DNA from: Candidatus Brevifilum fermentans
GTDB taxonomy: Bacteria; Chloroflexota; Anaerolineae; Anaerolineales; Anaerolineaceae
Assembly (NCBI RefSeq): GCF_900184705.1
Contig: NZ_LT859958.1
Span: 230,883 to 262,882, forward strand
Reading direction: 5' to 3'
DNA: 32,000 nt
The position numbers and the translations under genes are program-made. Each line of letters opens with the position of its first letter. The stretch's first letter is position 1. The notes beneath the pieces were generated by a model, which saw only the letters and a list, made by a program, of their open reading frames with translations, ran no database searches and had not been told where the DNA came from. This document shows positions 27,722 to 32,000 of this stretch, one piece after another.

Positions 27722-28462
27722 TCATTGCCTCCGGTGTCCAGAACTGCGTTCAGACCAATCCCGAGAGACATGGGCGATCAAAACCTGGGTGGGGAAATCA
27801 TGGGATTGTGTATCGACCAGGTAACCCGGCGACCAGAAGTCGCCGATGTTTTCATCGGTTTGCAGAGCGGGGAAAGCTTCGAAGATCCGTTTTGACGTCC
27901 ACTGCCTGACAGCAGCCAGCGTTTTCAGGGTCAGGCATTCGGGAAAATCCAGCAGGGTCCATTTAAAATAATCGGGTCGAATAGAAATCAGATCCAGTTC
28001 CCAGCCATAAATTTGGCTCAATTCTGGCATCCAAGTTCGCAATTCTTGTGCCAGCTCACCTAAAAGATAGTGCTCCTTCATGCGTGGGACCAGGTAGAAG
28101 GAGGTGTCATAAACCGTTTCTGCCAGGGCAGCCAGATCGTCATTTGAGGCAGGTTGAAAATCGGGTTGCTGGTCGCCAGGTGACTGACTGCTGGATTCAG
28201 CAACGCCTGGATGACGGGCTGAATACAAGTCATCGATTTCTTCCGCGGATTGGTCCTTGATCCCCGCTTGAAGAATGCTAGCCAGGTCCTCTTCGGCTGG
28301 TGATTTGGGTTCCAACGGCTGCCAGGAGCGGCTTGCTGAAAGATCAGCATGAGGAAGCTTCACTTTGTGATCGGAAAGCCCTTGATCTTGTTTTTCTGCT
28401 GATTTTTTTGGCTTTGCAGACACCATTTCATCCTTATTGTGCTGGGCGGTATTCCATTCCAA
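27722..28462 (-). CDS. Hypothetical protein with low-complexity N-terminal half and C-terminal IS200/Y1-transposase-like domain lacking HUH residues
   Basis: 246-aa ORF; residues ~115-236 'ETVYDTSFYLVPRMKEHYLLGELAQELRTWMPELSQIYGWELDLISIRPDYFKWTLLDFPECLTLKTLAAVRQWTSKRIFEAFPALQTDENIGDFWSPGYLVDTQSHDFPTQVLIAHVSRDW' matches the remembered TnpA layout (GELAERLRE..GW...MPDHVHLL..SPSKVVQLLKGRSSR.LF.EFP......LWSPGYFV). Confidence 0.68.
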   Translation of the reverse strand: MEWNTAQHNKDEMVSAKPKKSAEKQDQGLSDHKVKLPHADLSASRSWQPLEPKSPAEEDLASILQAGIKDQSAEEIDDLYSARHPGVAESSSQSPGDQQPDFQPASNDDLAALAETVYDTSFYLVPRMKEHYLLGELAQELRTWMPELSQIYGWELDLISIRPDYFKWTLLDFPECLTLKTLAAVRQWTSKRIFEAFPALQTDENIGDFWSPGYLVDTQSHDFPTQVLIAHVSRDWSERSSGHRRQ

Positions 28463-28934
28463 ATGCCATCGATTTGATGTCGATTTCTGTTACCTTGCAA
28501 GGATTGTTCCAGCCTCTGGTGGGCGTTTCCTTTTATCTCCGTGCTTGTTCCCGCAACCTTGTTTTACCAGCTTCAAGCTACAATATTTGCTGAGTTGAGG
28601 ACGTTTTTAATACGATTGAACCATTCCAGTGCAATCATTATACTGGAAGGTTGCAATGCTCTGCACGGTCATTAAGCGTCTTTTTGATCAGCTCAATAAG
28701 CTAAGATCGTATCCATTAACAACCGTTTTGAGTTTGGAATGATGTTATTGTATCAACAAATTTGCAAACATTTTACTCTTATGGATTAACAAAGTATCAT
28801 TATTTATTAAGAAAACCACGTCATACGCTAGATCGTTATGCGCGGAAAGATTAAGCGCACATCGGCAAAATGGTACAACTTACGGCAAACCATTTCGATT
28901 TCTATTGAATCAAATACCCATAAAGGAGGTGAAA

Positions 28935-29918
28935 ATGACACTTTCGAAAGAACAAAAAATAGATATGTTCTGGTATCTGTTGCTTTCCAGACGATTGGAT
29001 GAACGTGCCTGGGTACTGCATCGTCAGGGAAAAATCGCTTTTCATATTTCTGGTATTGGACAGGAAGCTGCTCAAATTGGCGCTGTCTATGCCATTAAAA
29101 AGGGCAAAGATTGGCTGGTTCCCTATTACCGTGACCTCGCAATGGTCCTTGCGATGGGGATGACCCCGGCTGAGTTTGTAAGGAGTCTGATGGGAAAAAC
29201 AGACGAACCCACATCCGGGGCCCGGCAGATGCCAAGCCATTTCAGCATGCGCAAGGCAAATATCCTCAGCCACTCTGCACCGGTTGCCACACAGTCACCC
29301 CATGCGGCAGGTATCGGGCTGGCAATTAAACTGGATGGTGGAGACGCAGTTGTCCTCACTACGATTGGTGAGGGATCTACATCTCAAGGTGAGTGGTACG
29401 AGGCCGTTAACTTTGCGGCGATTCACAACCTCCCGGTGATATTTCTGGTAGAAAACAACCATTATGCCATCTCTGTTCCGCAGGAAAAGCAAATGGCAGT
29501 CAGCAGCGCGGCTGATAAAGCCTGTGGTTTAGGGCTGCCAGGGATTGAGGTCGATGGAACGCAAATGTTCGAAGTGTATGATGCTGTGGCAGAGGCGGTT
29601 AAAAATGCAAGGGCAGGCAGGGGGCCATCCGTTATTGAGGCGAAAATGTATCGATTAACGCCGCACTCCTCCGATGATGACGATCGGAGCTACCGCACCC
29701 GTGAAGAGGTTGAAGCCTTTAAAAAGAAAGATCCGCTGCTGATGATGAAGAATTTGTATATTGAACAGGGCTTGATAACCGAAGAAGAATATGAGGAACT
29801 GGAAGAGAAAGCCAAACAGATGGTCGATGCAGCGGTTGAAGAAGCAACCCGGGCTCCCTATCCCCAGGGCAAAGATGCAGCAACCCTGGTTTATGCTGAG
29901 GAGGTAAACAATGGCTGA
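28935..29918 (+). CDS. 2-oxoacid dehydrogenase E1 alpha subunit (branched-chain/pyruvate-type, thiamine-dependent)
   Basis: ORF 28905..29918, start ATG 28935 with AAAGGAGGT upstream; 'LSRRLDERAWVLHRQGKIAFHISGIGQEAAQ', 'PYYRDLAMVLAMGM', 'IGEGSTSQGEWYEAVNFAAIHNLPVIFLVENNHYAIS', 'YRLTPHSSDDDDRSYR'. Confidence 0.93.
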   Translation: MTLSKEQKIDMFWYLLLSRRLDERAWVLHRQGKIAFHISGIGQEAAQIGAVYAIKKGKDWLVPYYRDLAMVLAMGMTPAEFVRSLMGKTDEPTSGARQMPSHFSMRKANILSHSAPVATQSPHAAGIGLAIKLDGGDAVVLTTIGEGSTSQGEWYEAVNFAAIHNLPVIFLVENNHYAISVPQEKQMAVSSAADKACGLGLPGIEVDGTQMFEVYDAVAEAVKNARAGRGPSVIEAKMYRLTPHSSDDDDRSYRTREEVEAFKKKDPLLMMKNLYIEQGLITEEEYEELEEKAKQMVDAAVEEATRAPYPQGKDAATLVYAEEVNNG

Positions 29919-30900
29919 GATTACTCTAATTGAAGCAATTCGCCAGGCAATGGATGAAGAACTGGCGCGTGATGAGCGTGTTTTTATCATTGGCGAAGAC
30001 GTTGGTGTGCGAGGCGGTGTGTTTCGAGCAACACAGGGGCTATTCGAAAAATATGGTGAATCGCGGGTGATCGATTCTCCTTTGGCTGAATTGTCAATTG
30101 TCGGTGTTGGCATTGGTGCAGCTGTGTATGGAAAGCGTCCTATTTGCGAAATCCAGTTTGCCGATTTTATTTACCCCGCCTTCAACCAGATTGTCAGTGA
30201 AGCTGCAAAAATGTATTACCGTTCCAATGGGCAATGGTCGGTTCCTATGGTCATCCGCGCACCCTATGGAGGTGGTATTGGCGGTGGATTATATCATTCT
30301 CAAAGTGTAGAGGCTCTCTTTACACAGGTACCGGGCTTGAAAGTCGTGATCCCCTCCACCCCCTTCGATGCTAAGGGTCTGCTAAAATCCGCTGTCCGCG
30401 ATCCAAACCCCGTACTATTCTTTGAACCCAAAAAAGGTTATCGCCTGATCAAAGGAGAAGTGCCGGAGGATGATCGGGAATATACAGTTCCGATAGGGCC
30501 AGCCAAAATCACCCGTGAAGGTCAGGACTTGAGCGTTTTCGCTTACGGAATGATGCACCATTACGCTAAGCAAGCAGCAGAAGTGGTTGCCAAAGAGGGG
30601 ATTGACGTTGAACTTGTTGATCTGCGCACGCTATACCCGGTAGACCGGGAAACGATTCTGAAATCTGTGCAAAAAACCAGTAAAGCCCTGATTGTACATG
30701 AGGATAATCTGACCGGCGGATATGGCGCCGAGGTGGCTGCGACCATCGCAGAGTGGGGTTTTATGGATCTGGACGCGCCCGTGCGAAGGCTGGCTGGTCC
30801 GGATGTTCCGGCAGTTCCTTTCAGCCATCCCATGCAAGAATGGTTCATGATCAATCCAGAAAAGATCGCTGATGCGATCCGTGAATTGGCTGCTTTTTAA
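29911..30900 (+). CDS. 2-oxoacid dehydrogenase E1 beta subunit
   Basis: 329-aa ORF overlapping E1 alpha by 8 nt with GAGGT RBS; 'MAEITLIEAIRQAMDEELARDERVFIIGEDVG', 'GKRPICEIQFADFIYPAFNQIVSEAAK', 'HSQSVEALFTQVPGLKVVIPSTPFDAKGLL'. Confidence 0.95.
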   Translation: MAEITLIEAIRQAMDEELARDERVFIIGEDVGVRGGVFRATQGLFEKYGESRVIDSPLAELSIVGVGIGAAVYGKRPICEIQFADFIYPAFNQIVSEAAKMYYRSNGQWSVPMVIRAPYGGGIGGGLYHSQSVEALFTQVPGLKVVIPSTPFDAKGLLKSAVRDPNPVLFFEPKKGYRLIKGEVPEDDREYTVPIGPAKITREGQDLSVFAYGMMHHYAKQAAEVVAKEGIDVELVDLRTLYPVDRETILKSVQKTSKALIVHEDNLTGGYGAEVAATIAEWGFMDLDAPVRRLAGPDVPAVPFSHPMQEWFMINPEKIADAIRELAAF

Positions 30901-30926
30901 AGCATGCACTCAATAGAGGAGGAAGG

Positions 30927-32000
30927 ATGGCTACAAAAATTGTTATGCCCCAATTGGGCGAATCGATTGTTGAAGGGACAGTCACTGGCTGGCATAAGCA
31001 GGTGGGAGATGAAATAAATGAATTTGATCCGTTGCTGGATGTGGAAACCGATAAGGTGACCAGTGAAATTCCCAGCCCAGCAAGCGGCACCGTGTTAAAA
31101 ATTCTTGTCCATGAAGGGGAGACCGTTGCAGTGGGAACCGTTTTAGCTTGGGTTGGTGAACCTGGCGAGGAAATCTCCGCTGCAGATGAAAAGGTGATTC
31201 ATCACCACGAACCACATGAGACCCCGGATATTGAATCGATCATTGACGAGCCGGTCCTGCAAAGGCCTGCCGGCAGGAACGAGGAGCTGGGTTATATCTC
31301 GCCGGTTGTGGCTCGACTGGCGCGTGAAAAAGGAGTGGATCTTACCAAGGTCAAAGGGACCGGCATGGACGGACGCATCACCAAGAAGGATGTCCAAAAC
31401 TATCTCAAAGAACATCAGGGGGTAGCAGAAGCTGAAATACCCATCTGGGAGACACCGGCAGATGGGGACCTGTTCCGCCCAACAGAATTGATTTTTGCGA
31501 AAAAAGTGGAAGAGCCTGTTCCTACCAGCCGACCGGAAGTCAGTGCAATCCCCGGTGAAACCCTGGCACTGACTCCGATGCGGAGGCGAATTGCCGAGCA
31601 CATGGTGCAAAGCGTCCATTCAGCGCCACATGTGACCACGGTAATGGAAGCGGATATGAGTCAGGTAGCGCGCCATCGTACCATCATCAATCAGGAGGTA
31701 GGCAAAGAGGTAAATGTAACCTACACTGCTTACATTCTTTCTGCTATTGTCACCGGATTGAAAGCTGTTCCTTTGGCAAATTCAACCTGGACAGAAACGG
31801 GAATCCGTATCCATAAGCAAATCAACCTTGGCATGGCTGTCGCCCTTCCAGATGGCGGGTTGATCGTTCCTGTGATTAAAAACGCTGATGAACTTTCACT
31901 GATCGGGTTGGCGAAAAAGATCAATGACCTGGCAGAACGCGCTCGAAGGGGTCAGCTCAAACCAGACGAGGTCCAAAACGGCACCTTTTCCCTGACCAAC
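30927..32000 (+). CDS. Dihydrolipoamide acyltransferase (E2) of 2-oxoacid dehydrogenase complex, partial at right edge
   Basis: Open frame from ATG 30927 (RBS GAGGAGGA) to window end, my own translation; lipoyl domain 'MATKIVMPQLGESIVEGTVTGWHKQVGDEI...LLDVETDKVTSEIPSP', E3-binding 'YISPVVARLAREKGVDLTKVKGTGMDGRITKKDV', catalytic-domain start 'TPMRRRIAEHM'. Confidence 0.93.
   Translation, partial: MATKIVMPQLGESIVEGTVTGWHKQVGDEINEFDPLLDVETDKVTSEIPSPASGTVLKILVHEGETVAVGTVLAWVGEPGEEISAADEKVIHHHEPHETPDIESIIDEPVLQRPAGRNEELGYISPVVARLAREKGVDLTKVKGTGMDGRITKKDVQNYLKEHQGVAEAEIPIWETPADGDLFRPTELIFAKKVEEPVPTSRPEVSAIPGETLALTPMRRRIAEHMVQSVHSAPHVTTVMEADMSQVARHRTIINQEVGKEVNVTYTAYILSAIVTGLKAVPLANSTWTETGIRIHKQINLGMAVALPDGGLIVPVIKNADELSLIGLAKKINDLAERARRGQLKPDEVQNGTFSLTN

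Noticed and set aside
1-32000. CRISPR arrays, toxin-antitoxin or other defence systems, complete mobile elements, rRNA and tRNA genes
   Set aside because: Looked for regularly spaced repeats, T-loop GGTTCRANTCC-type signatures, transposase/integrase motifs and defence-type effector motifs; none convincing apart from the inactive Y1-like domain reported.

Overview
The window looks like ordinary bacterial chromosome. Gene content suggests a Chloroflexota/Anaerolineae-like organism, which is inference only. I can support about 33 protein-coding loci. Main groups: (a) OsmC, a glutaminyl-cyclotransferase-like lipoprotein, Hsp20, a methyltransferase and a GAF sensor histidine kinase. (b) A compact + strand set of class II HMG-CoA reductase, archaeal-type HMG-CoA synthase and a thiolase-fold protein, followed by a GalE-like epimerase. 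(c) A - strand nucleotide-sugar dehydrogenase / epimerase / flippase set ending in a truncated GH3-family remnant. (d) A - strand housekeeping run: type-4 UDG, RimI, TsaB, TsaE, DUF951, PlsC, PrsW-like, DsbA-cyclophilin fusion, Tmk, R3H/AAA ATPase, GNAT-like protein, PdxS. (e) A lower-GC stretch with a macro-domain protein, a SpoU/TrmH methyltransferase and a hypothetical protein. (f) The start of a + strand 2-oxoacid dehydrogenase operon (E1 alpha, E1 beta, partial E2) running off the right edge. I found no CRISPR array, defence island, intact transposon, rRNA or tRNA. The two strongest unusual observations are: (1) the thiolase-fold protein beside HMG-CoA synthase has Asp where the nucleophilic Cys is expected and Asn where the GHP-motif His is expected, and no DUF35 scaffold gene is adjacent; (2) a 'hypothetical' protein at 27722-28462 whose C-terminal half resembles an IS200/Y1 transposase domain that has lost its HUH histidines, behind a low-complexity N-terminal half.
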